Assembly: GCA_003349885.1 (NCBI GenBank)
Contig: QFXC01000002.1
Coordinates: 3,850-67,849 of the forward strand
Direction of reading: 5' to 3'
Length of the DNA: 64,000 nucleotides
Origin: an endosymbiont of Galathealinum brachiosum
Lineage (GTDB): Bacteria; Pseudomonadota; Gammaproteobacteria; SZUA-229
Both the position numbers and the translations under genes were made by a program. This document shows positions 53,414-61,498 of this stretch, piece after piece (positions within the stretch are counted from its first letter, which is position 1; every line of letters begins with the position of its first letter). Under the pieces are notes generated by a model, which saw nothing but the letters and a program-made list of their open reading frames with translations, ran no database searches and was not told the origin of the DNA.

Positions 53414-53952
53414 TCTGCATTCTCTTGCGCATCTTCGGCACAATATAATTTATCTGTGGTAATCACTATTTGTTCACCTTGTTTATTCTCACCGGTCGCG
53501 AACGTTGCAGTAACGCTTATCGGCTGATCACTAAAGGGCAATAGAATATTACCCCCTTCATGCTCACCTGGCAGGTAATCCAGTGTTTCAGGAATTAACG
53601 TCCAGCGAAATGTAGACTGCTTACTCAACGGCACACCCATGTTTTGCCAGCGTTGTTTCCAGTAGTCGCGATGTTCTCGTATTATGGGTTTACCACCCGC
53701 GGTAAATTTCCAGTTACTCATATCTAACCAGATTTTTTTATTACTTGTATTGTGTATGCCAATAGTGATGAAACATTGTTGTTTAATCACATCACGCATC
53801 TCTTTAGGAAACCCACGCGCTTCATAAAACGAGCCCATTTGGTTCGCTGATCTCGGCGTAAAGTTTACTTCCATTTCTGGTGTTTTTACGATAACAGGCT
53901 GAACAGCTTGCATACTTGTAACGACTAGACCTAGTGTGATTAATTTAAACAT
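53410..53952 (-). CDS. periplasmic hypothetical protein, co-transcribed with TlpA-like gene
   Basis: signal peptide; ATGA overlap with downstream gene. Confidence 0.4.
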   Translation of the reverse strand: MFKLITLGLVVTSMQAVQPVIVKTPEMEVNFTPRSANQMGSFYEARGFPKEMRDVIKQQCFITIGIHNTSNKKIWLDMSNWKFTAGGKPIIREHRDYWKQRWQNMGVPLSKQSTFRWTLIPETLDYLPGEHEGGNILLPFSDQPISVTATFATGENKQGEQIVITTDKLYCAEDAQENAE

Positions 53953-54020
53953 TATTGACCGTGTGTTATGTTTATTTAAAAATTATTAAATTAATTGATG
54001 CCCACTCTGGCACCTGTTAA

Positions 54021-54818
54021 TTATACATCTACAACTAAACTTACATCAAACCCAACTACATTCTCACCCGGATACCCCGCCTGATTTGAAAGAATCCGTG
54101 TATCACTAATAACCCTGTCTAAATTTGCATGAGTATGCCCGTAAATCCACAGGTTAATATCAAACATTTCAATCAACGAGCTTAAGTCTGAGTGAAAAGC
54201 CGCAGTCAACTCATCTACCGGAAATGCCGGATGCTGACAAACAGGATGAGGCCCATGATGAGTAACAATAACGGTTTTACCCTTAAACGGCTCAGACAGT
54301 TTTTGCTTCAACCAGTTTAATTCGATATTGTGTTGTGTGAGTGCATGGTGAGGTTTAAATTTTAGATAACGTCCATCTGAATTGAAACGTATTTTTCGAT
54401 GATCGGCCAACACATTTTCTATACTCAGCATTACCCGCTCTTTTGGTATAGCCGTGAATGCTTTGTAATCTGTCCATAACGTAGCACCCAGAAACCGAAC
54501 ATCATCTACAATGCATTCACCATAATCTAAACATGAGACCTGTGTACCTTCACAAAGCTTTTGTATTTTATCTTTCAGGTGATTAAACTCATGCCCATAA
54601 TATTCATGGTTACCTGATACATAAATAATTTTTTTAGATAACCGCTCAGCTTCAGAAATAGCCCACTCTACCCCATGAACACCTGTATCAATATCACCCG
54701 CCAATACAATAATATCTGTATCGGTTTCTGGTAAACGACCAGACCATTTATGCAAAGGGTCAAACTTACCACTTCTTAAAAACTCATTATGTAAATCACT
54801 GAGAATATGTATTTTCAT
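54021..54818 (-). CDS. calcineurin-like metallophosphoesterase
   Basis: MKIHILSDLHNEF, GDIDTGVHG, GNHEYYG, GHTH motifs. Confidence 0.7.
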   Translation of the reverse strand: MKIHILSDLHNEFLRSGKFDPLHKWSGRLPETDTDIIVLAGDIDTGVHGVEWAISEAERLSKKIIYVSGNHEYYGHEFNHLKDKIQKLCEGTQVSCLDYGECIVDDVRFLGATLWTDYKAFTAIPKERVMLSIENVLADHRKIRFNSDGRYLKFKPHHALTQHNIELNWLKQKLSEPFKGKTVIVTHHGPHPVCQHPAFPVDELTAAFHSDLSSLIEMFDINLWIYGHTHANLDRVISDTRILSNQAGYPGENVVGFDVSLVVDV

Positions 54819-54953
54819 AGTTATTTATCAGGTTTTATAAATAATTTAAAATTAAACGAGTTCCAGAATAGTAACTAACTACATATAATATTGGCTAGAC
54901 CTGAAGCATTCTGGGTCATTTATTATGTTCGTATCTACCTGTTACAACTGTAC

Positions 54954-55385
54954 CTACTTATTAATAAATAACTGATTGATTTCATCAGATTTAAGAATAG
55001 CCGCTAATTTATACGCTTGCCCTGTTTCCTGAATCAATACTTCAGCAGGTATACCTAAGCCTTGATGTAACTTACGAATCATACTTAAACTTAATGGTCG
55101 TTTTCCATTAAGCACTTCTGATACTTTTGATGCAGAACCAAAATATTTAAGCATATCTTTTTGCTGCAACCCCTGCTGCTCCATACGAAATTTAATAGCT
55201 TCAAGAGGCACAGGTTTATCGACAGGAAACTGTTCACGCTCATAGTGTTCAATTAGCACTGACAACACTTCCAGCTCATTCTCTTCATTAGAACCAGATG
55301 CAGGATTCAAATGCATTAATGCCATCAATCGTTCAACAGCCAATTTATGCTCAGCTTTAGACTTAATTACTTTTAGAATAGACAT
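54954..55385 (-). CDS. higA: HigA antitoxin (E. coli YgjM type, C-terminal HTH)
   Basis: GSASKVSEVLNGKRPLSLSMIRKLHQGLGIPAEVLI parallels E. coli HigA GSKSMVSRVLSGKRKLTLEHAKKLATRFGISPALFI. Confidence 0.8.
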   Translation of the reverse strand: MSILKVIKSKAEHKLAVERLMALMHLNPASGSNEENELEVLSVLIEHYEREQFPVDKPVPLEAIKFRMEQQGLQQKDMLKYFGSASKVSEVLNGKRPLSLSMIRKLHQGLGIPAEVLIQETGQAYKLAAILKSDEINQLFINK

Positions 55386-55396
55386 TAACCATCTCC

Positions 55397-55681
55397 TTAA
55401 AACTTTTGCTTATCATACTCAGCATGCGTACCAACCCATTCAATAACGACGATTCCATTCTGATACCTCACTTTCACTACAAGGCGATAGTGATTACCTT
55501 TAATATTAAAAATTACCCGGTTATCTGCCAGAAAATCAGCGGAGTTATACCTGTTTTTAATATCCTGCGGTGTAACCCATTGAGCTCTGTTCGCCTCATC
55601 AAACCATGCGTCTAATGCGCCTTTGCCGTGATTATGCTTTTTTGAGAACTTATCAAGTATGTCACGTCCTATGACTCTCAT
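55397..55681 (-). CDS. higB: HigB toxin (RelE/ParE superfamily, E. coli YgjN type)
   Basis: NRVIFNIKGNHYRLVVKVRYQNGIVVIEWVGTHAEYD parallels E. coli HigB HYVFNVGGNELRVVAMVFFESQKCYIREVMTHKEYD; toxin-first order. Confidence 0.8.
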   Translation of the reverse strand: MRVIGRDILDKFSKKHNHGKGALDAWFDEANRAQWVTPQDIKNRYNSADFLADNRVIFNIKGNHYRLVVKVRYQNGIVVIEWVGTHAEYDKQKF

Positions 55682-55691
55682 ATAGATCTAC

Positions 55692-55735
55692 CTTCCCATT
55701 TTGGGAATTATACACTCATTTCCCAAAATGGGAAG
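55692..55735. promoter_or_regulatory. perfect 16-bp inverted repeat in higBA promoter (putative HigA operator)
   Basis: cttcccattttgggaa ... ttcccaaaatgggaag, 12-bp spacer, 11 bp upstream of higB start. Confidence 0.55.
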
Positions 55736-56870
55736 ATTAAATATAATTTATGTCCTTAGATTTAACTTATTTATAACCTCTAAGCTAACATATTGATATA
55801 TATGGATTATATTTCAAAGTTAGCGATATAAATCTTCAGCTTTAGCAAGTGAACCGTATATAAGCACCAGTACTATTTGCTCATTTACTGACGTAATGCT
55901 GCCTTAATTACATCTACAATGGCAAACGTTTTTCGAATCATATTTAACAACTCACTGTAGGAGTTATCTTCAGATGACGATACAAAAGCGATGCGAAGCG
56001 AGCCATGTAACTTACACAACACACACCGCTTAGTAACAACCATCACAACTCATAACAAACCCCAGTCTCTTTAACCTCCCCACTCCCATCACCACCAACA
56101 TCATCACGCACCAACTGCTGCTCAATAAACTCATCAAGCGCATCACCATGCACCAGATAAACCCCTTTACGAAGCCGATACAAAAACCGCGTGCGACTCA
56201 TTTCAACCCGCCCTGGCTCAATAGTTGAAGCCGGTAAAAATGAATTATTGTAATCAGTAGTCACATCAGAAAAATAAGCCTTAAACTGTTTAAGCGTAAC
56301 CACCACACCCCTGTCTTCAATAGAACCCAACTCCCCCTTAACCACCGCATCTAAAAACCGCTGCTTTAAAGTGATGATAAATCCTTATCAAATTTAATTA
56401 CCAAACTCACAACACACAACTCGCACCTAAACCCAACGCTTCACTACTCGTTCCCACGGTCCCCCTTGGTAACGCATACCAAACTCAAAGTACGATACAA
56501 ACCCAAAACATCATTCCTTCTCCTTACCACCCACCTGATTCATCTCAAAAATTCCACTAATAATTTCCCCCATCACCCACAAATAATTATCAACCTGCTC
56601 ATGAAACACATCAGGGTGAACATCATCACCACAACACACAGGTTTAAACACAGGCGGGTTATCAAGCAAATGAACAAGATGCCCCGTATAACGAATCAAG
56701 CGCACCTTATACTGAGTATCATTAAACCTGGTGGGTAAACCTTGCTCATCATCCACATCAAAAGAATGAAACCGCAACGGAATTTCAACCAGCTTAGCTG
56801 GCTTAGAAGAAGACTTTTCAAATTGATCATCACACATAAAAACACTCCCTATTAAAAGTTAACCATCTCT

Positions 56871-56947
56871 TGTAGGTGCTCCTTCAGGTGCACATCTTTT
56901 GTAGTTTCATAACCATTATGTTTAGTGCACCTAAAGGAGCACCTACA
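56871..56947. repeat. inverted pair of repeat D 23-mers forming a long hairpin
   Basis: tgtaggtgctccttcaggtgcac ...31 nt... gtgcacctaaaggagcacctaca. Confidence 0.6.
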
Positions 56948-57711
56948 AAGTAAAACGTCATACCTGCGAAGGCAGGTACCCAGCGACTTAAAATCAAATA
57001 TAAAAGGAAACCAGAACCCCAAACGAGGCTCCAGCAAGTTCAACCACCCATGACTAATACACACTGCCAAAACACAAAACCCACCCACAGCAAAACCTCA
57101 ACAACACACAATCTCGCAGTCGAATTAAAGCAGGCCTGATCAAAAAACGAACAATAACGCCCGTGGTTTCCAATAAACCGAACAGATAAAGTGAAATCAA
57201 AGAATAAAAGCGCCGAAACTCACCTGAGAATACAGAAAAATGCACAGGTAAAAACGCAGGGTGTGAAGAAAAATAACGGATTGCCGAAAAAAAACTACCG
57301 GCAATAGGGTGTCCTAGCTTAGAATGTGTCTCAGCCATATTCAACTCGTTATAGTTGGTTGTGGTTAGCAGGCTTTCGGTGTTACAGCACCTTGGGTCTG
57401 CGATTTTTTATTTTATAAAGTTAGTTAGCCGATAGATCTCTCCTGTTGTTTTCTGTAGTTATTAAAACCACATATATTAAAAATAGATAATGAAGCGCAC
57501 GTTGTTAATGCTCGCTTATTGAGTGTATGCAAGGTGGAAGATAGTTGTCAAATTAATATTTTATAGAACTACAGATGTGATTTTATACTTTTCAGACTAC
57601 TACTTAAAATCATTTATATTTATAAGCATTAAGAAAATAAACATGAAGCAACTAACGTACTACTTGAAGCTATCATGACCCTATATATTTATTTACTTAC
57701 ACTAAAACAGG

Positions 57712-57996
57712 TTAAGTTATATTATGACTTGAAGGCAATGAGACTTGATAACGAGAGCCAACTTTGAAATATTCAATACGCCCTTCATTAACTAACTTTT
57801 CCATCATTACCGACATCAACCAGCCTTTCTGACCATCTTCTGTAGGACTATAAGACAGCAAATCAAGACCAAGATCTTTTTTTAGAACAGCGGCTTTAAC
57901 TGAAGCTTGACCATCATTAGATTGCAATCTAATATAATCTATAATTACGTCACCAATAGAATTAAGATGATTTTCTATATTTTTCTTATGATTCAC
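57712..57996 (-). CDS. small hypothetical protein downstream of the 3-gene cassette
   Basis: ORF only; 188 bp downstream of the REC gene on the same strand. Confidence 0.3.
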   Translation of the reverse strand: MNHKKNIENHLNSIGDVIIDYIRLQSNDGQASVKAAVLKKDLGLDLLSYSPTEDGQKGWLMSVMMEKLVNEGRIEYFKVGSRYQVSLPSSHNIT

Positions 57997-58184
57997 TCAA
58001 CACCTTCCAATCCTCTTCATTCGATTTATACCATCCATTTATTACTTGCTATTTATAGAACAATGCTCAACACATCCTATTATTAGGAATAATTTCGTAC
58101 TGACAATTGATAATGGCATATTGAAATTTAAAACCATAATAATTTTCATTCTGAACTGCCTGATAAATTGTATTCTAATTAGAT

Positions 58185-59090
58185 TTAGTTTATAAACTTT
58201 TTAAAATCCGACTGAATTTTTAATAGCTGCATTCGAAGTCGCTTAAACTCATCAAAATTATATTCTTTTTCATCACCACCATGTGAATGCAGAATCAATT
58301 TACCTTCATCTGTTAGCTTAGCATGTTGATGTGCCAATTTATTCCTTTCTGATTGTGTTTTACATAAATTGGAACCTTCAGACAAAAACTCGTGCTGAGC
58401 CGATCCTTCTTCAAAGAGCTTTTTGAAGGCAACACGAATAACTTGAAATTCAGTCAAAAAAGGATCCTTAATTGCATCTTCTACACATGTTATTTTTTCA
58501 ACTTTTACGGATTGATTAAAAACTTTATCTTTTAATTTCTCCTTTATATATTCTAGGAGCTCAGACCGCTTAATAGGATCGAGTGCTGTACATGCCTTGT
58601 TAAAGGAATCTCTCATTTTTACATCTGTGTGACTCATAGATGACATAACCACACCACGGATATTATTAATATCTGATATTTTTTTTATATGATCTTCAAT
58701 TAAAGCCTCAACTTGATCATTAAATATTTCTCTATCAATAATAAAGACTCCATCAACCTTAGAATCATAAAGTTTTTTTCTAAGGACATTTTGCTTGGTT
58801 CCACTATAGAATATTAAGTCAGTGTAAATCTGTCTACGCAACTCCTTCGCTATAGTAAGCCCATCCTCACTATCACCGCCCAGATCATAGTCAAATATAA
58901 TTAAATCATAAGGATTATAATTAGATAATGTTGATGCAAGCTTTCGAATATCATCATAACTAATTTTTGTTTCTTTTTCTATTTCAGGAATAAACCCGTG
59001 AGAGGAGACAAAATCCTCAACATTAGAAACTGATTCTTTAACGTTTTCAAACTGATCTTCAAACCATAATATTTTATATGTTAATTTCAT
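58185..59090 (-). CDS. receiver (REC) domain protein with unrecognised ~180-aa C-terminal domain (cassette gene C)
   Basis: KILWFEDQ (acidic pair E11/D12), DLIIFDYDLGGD (candidate phospho-Asp D66/D68), IFYSGTK (S/T + K); overlaps upstream gene by 4 nt. Confidence 0.6.
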   Translation of the reverse strand: MKLTYKILWFEDQFENVKESVSNVEDFVSSHGFIPEIEKETKISYDDIRKLASTLSNYNPYDLIIFDYDLGGDSEDGLTIAKELRRQIYTDLIFYSGTKQNVLRKKLYDSKVDGVFIIDREIFNDQVEALIEDHIKKISDINNIRGVVMSSMSHTDVKMRDSFNKACTALDPIKRSELLEYIKEKLKDKVFNQSVKVEKITCVEDAIKDPFLTEFQVIRVAFKKLFEEGSAQHEFLSEGSNLCKTQSERNKLAHQHAKLTDEGKLILHSHGGDEKEYNFDEFKRLRMQLLKIQSDFKKFIN

Positions 59091-61462
59091 AATTTTTTTA
59101 CATTTATAGTTAACCCTAACCCTCTATCAGGTTGATTATCTGATAGAGATATTTCACCACCCATTTTTTCTAACTGTTTTCTTATATGATATAAACCCAA
59201 ACCAGAGCCTCTTGTGGTCGTATATCCTTTTTCAAATATTCTCTGTGGTTCGATTACTTTACTATCTAAACCGTTACCATTGTCAACCACTTCAATATTT
59301 AACACATTATTTAAAGCAGAAGAAATAATAAAATCAACCCTTGAAGCACGTGCTTTATTCGAATTATTCACAATATTATCAAGAATAACACCCAATTCTA
59401 TTGGTGTGAAATTTGTAACAAATCCTTTTGTATTATTAATAACATTTATATTAATACCATGGTGATATGATGTAGTTATTTTATCTAGATATTGTTCAAT
59501 ATGTTGACATATATCAGCATGTACTTTTTCTGAATCTAACTTATAGTTAGCTAAAGTAGCGAACCTAGAGGTGGTGATTATTTTTTCAATTAACACCAAT
59601 AGCTCATCAAGAATATCTCTAACTGTATCACTAGAAATTTCTTCAGTTTTATTTAAAGAGAAATACTTCCTAAAGGCATTTTTTAGTTTTTGTCTATTTT
59701 CAACAGCGTAAATGATAATTTGGTGCATAAAGCTCTCAAGCTGATCTTTATCACGTGATTCACTGGATGTTAAATATAAACTCCTCTTTTTCTCGTCTTC
59801 GTAAGCCGTGCTAATTTTTTCTTTTTCAGTCTCAGCAGCAACCCTTCCTTGGCGTTCAGAACTCTCTCTGTGTTCAGCCTTTATTCGCGCTTCAATTTCT
59901 TGCTCTGCTATCTTTAAAGCGTCATCTTTTTCTTTCTCTAATTTCTCATACTCTCTGCGTGCAGATGAAACAGCTTTTTTTAAATTCACATCATTTGAGT
60001 CTTTAGCAAGTGACTCTAAATTATTAATTGATTTTTCAAAATATACTGATTTTTCATTTAATACTGAAACTATATCTTTATTATATTCAAGAAGATCGAG
60101 GTTATCAGACTTTGAAAGACTTTCAATCAATTTGATGATTTTCGTTCTATTTTCATCAAGTCCAAGTCGCTCAGCAGTCTCATGTATTTTATCTAACTTA
60201 TCTTTCCAATTCACGCCCACCACATAGCTTTCGAAACGTCTAAGGCATTTATTTTTAACACACTCCTGCAATTGATCTGACGCGATAGTTTCTACCAAAC
60301 CTTTATCTCGACTAGAAGATTCTTTAAATTTGAATTCTTCTCCAGCAATATCAACTCGACCCAGTATATCTCGTGTACCTAGATAACGACTGTATCCTTG
60401 TTGTTTTCGAACATCGATTTTCCAATAATCATTACCTGGCTCACCAACAGGAAATACTCTAAAGCCATTACGAAACAAAAACAAAGAACCAAAACTAACT
60501 ACAGACAAAGCCATTTGTTTTTTAAATGTTAATTTTGCAGAATTATTCAAATAAAACAACTGACAATTAAAACCGCTATCTAACAATTCATCGTATTCAG
60601 GTATTTTTTCTCTAATTTTATATATCAACGTACCACGATCAATCAGATCACTGTAAAGCCAACCATCAGACTTAAGATAAACATGCAACCATGTAGTTTT
60701 TTCCCTTAAAGTTTCAAGAATGTAGTTTTTAACAATTCCATTTACTAATTCTGCCTGTCTATTTTTATTACCCAACTTCTTTTTTTCTTTTAAATCACCA
60801 CTTTCTTCCAAACTACTATGCAAGAAAACATCTAAGCTGTTGCCATCTTCACCAAATGGATTAATTAACTTAGTAAGATGTCTTTTAAGTGATAATAATT
60901 TTTTTCTGTCCCATGATTTTTTTTCTCTTAAATTTGAAATCTCTACTACTACACCACTACTAATAGCGTCAACTTCTTTAGGAAAATCAAAGTCTTCAGA
61001 TTCATTATGAAAAACAGCGATATCGCCAAATAACTCAGTAGAATCTTTTTCAAAACTCCCCCAGTCGACATCTAAAATATCAACATGATCCATACCCTTA
61101 GTTTTTGCCTGAATCCTAAGCTCACCACCTAATCTATCACATGAAAAACGACCTACTCCCTTGTTTCCAGCATATGTTCTATTTTTATCTTGATCCTCTG
61201 TCCCATCTCTTTTTGCTGAATAAGCTACAAAAAGCCATTTATTAGTAAAATCATCAAAATCCATTCCTTTACCATTATCAATCACATAAATTTTTTCGAC
61301 ATCTCTTCCATCGTATTTAAATACTATATCCACACGGCTAGCATTTGCATCAAATGAATTCTTTACCAACTCAAATATTGCAACGTAGTCATTAGTAATA
61401 AGATCACGTCCAATAACTGATTTTAAAGAAGAACTTACTTTAAAATTCAATAACTCTGTCAA
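59087..61462 (-). CDS. dual GHKL protein: N-terminal MORC-like HATPase_c_3 + coiled-coil + C-terminal histidine-kinase-type HATPase_c (cassette gene B)
   Basis: N-term: IFELVKNSFDANA (N-box), VIDNGKGMD (G1), SAKRDG..GNKGVGRFS (G2/G3); C-term: ILDNIVNNSNKA (N-box), VVDNGNGLD (G1), GSGLGLYHIRK (G2); central E/K/R-rich coiled coil with candidate His in LESFMHQIIIYAVEN. Confidence 0.7.
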   Translation of the reverse strand: MTELLNFKVSSSLKSVIGRDLITNDYVAIFELVKNSFDANASRVDIVFKYDGRDVEKIYVIDNGKGMDFDDFTNKWLFVAYSAKRDGTEDQDKNRTYAGNKGVGRFSCDRLGGELRIQAKTKGMDHVDILDVDWGSFEKDSTELFGDIAVFHNESEDFDFPKEVDAISSGVVVEISNLREKKSWDRKKLLSLKRHLTKLINPFGEDGNSLDVFLHSSLEESGDLKEKKKLGNKNRQAELVNGIVKNYILETLREKTTWLHVYLKSDGWLYSDLIDRGTLIYKIREKIPEYDELLDSGFNCQLFYLNNSAKLTFKKQMALSVVSFGSLFLFRNGFRVFPVGEPGNDYWKIDVRKQQGYSRYLGTRDILGRVDIAGEEFKFKESSSRDKGLVETIASDQLQECVKNKCLRRFESYVVGVNWKDKLDKIHETAERLGLDENRTKIIKLIESLSKSDNLDLLEYNKDIVSVLNEKSVYFEKSINNLESLAKDSNDVNLKKAVSSARREYEKLEKEKDDALKIAEQEIEARIKAEHRESSERQGRVAAETEKEKISTAYEDEKKRSLYLTSSESRDKDQLESFMHQIIIYAVENRQKLKNAFRKYFSLNKTEEISSDTVRDILDELLVLIEKIITTSRFATLANYKLDSEKVHADICQHIEQYLDKITTSYHHGININVINNTKGFVTNFTPIELGVILDNIVNNSNKARASRVDFIISSALNNVLNIEVVDNGNGLDSKVIEPQRIFEKGYTTTRGSGLGLYHIRKQLEKMGGEISLSDNQPDRGLGLTINVKKL

Positions 61463-61498
61463 CTTATATACTCCTTAGGTTTCTGTTTGGATTTTTCA

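Noticed and set aside
55397-55681. Annotating the toxin as Proteus/Rts1-type HigB
   Set aside because: It aligns instead with the E. coli K-12 YgjN-type HigB. Both are called HigB, but they are distinct RelE/ParE subfamilies.
56466-57344. ORFs 56466..56738(+), 56511..56837(-), 56852..57088(-) and 57054..57344(-) in the degenerate stretch
   Set aside because: They are mutually overlapping, low-complexity and sit in a compositionally atypical region. I treat them as gene remnants or noise rather than features.
59214-60227. Plus-strand ORFs 59214..59465 and 59808..60227 inside cassette gene B, plus 62677..63128 and 63694..63900 inside cassette gene A
   Set aside because: They are antisense to long ORFs with clear ATPase motifs. 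Their low-complexity S/F-rich products are shadow ORFs.
58185-61462. Interpreting genes B and C as a routine housekeeping sensor kinase/response regulator pair
   Set aside because: The kinase has no transmembrane or periplasmic sensor and no recognisable HisKA domain. Its N-terminus is a MORC-type GHKL ATPase. The regulator lacks any DNA-binding output. It is tightly linked to a nuclease/HerA-like ATPase in an accessory context.
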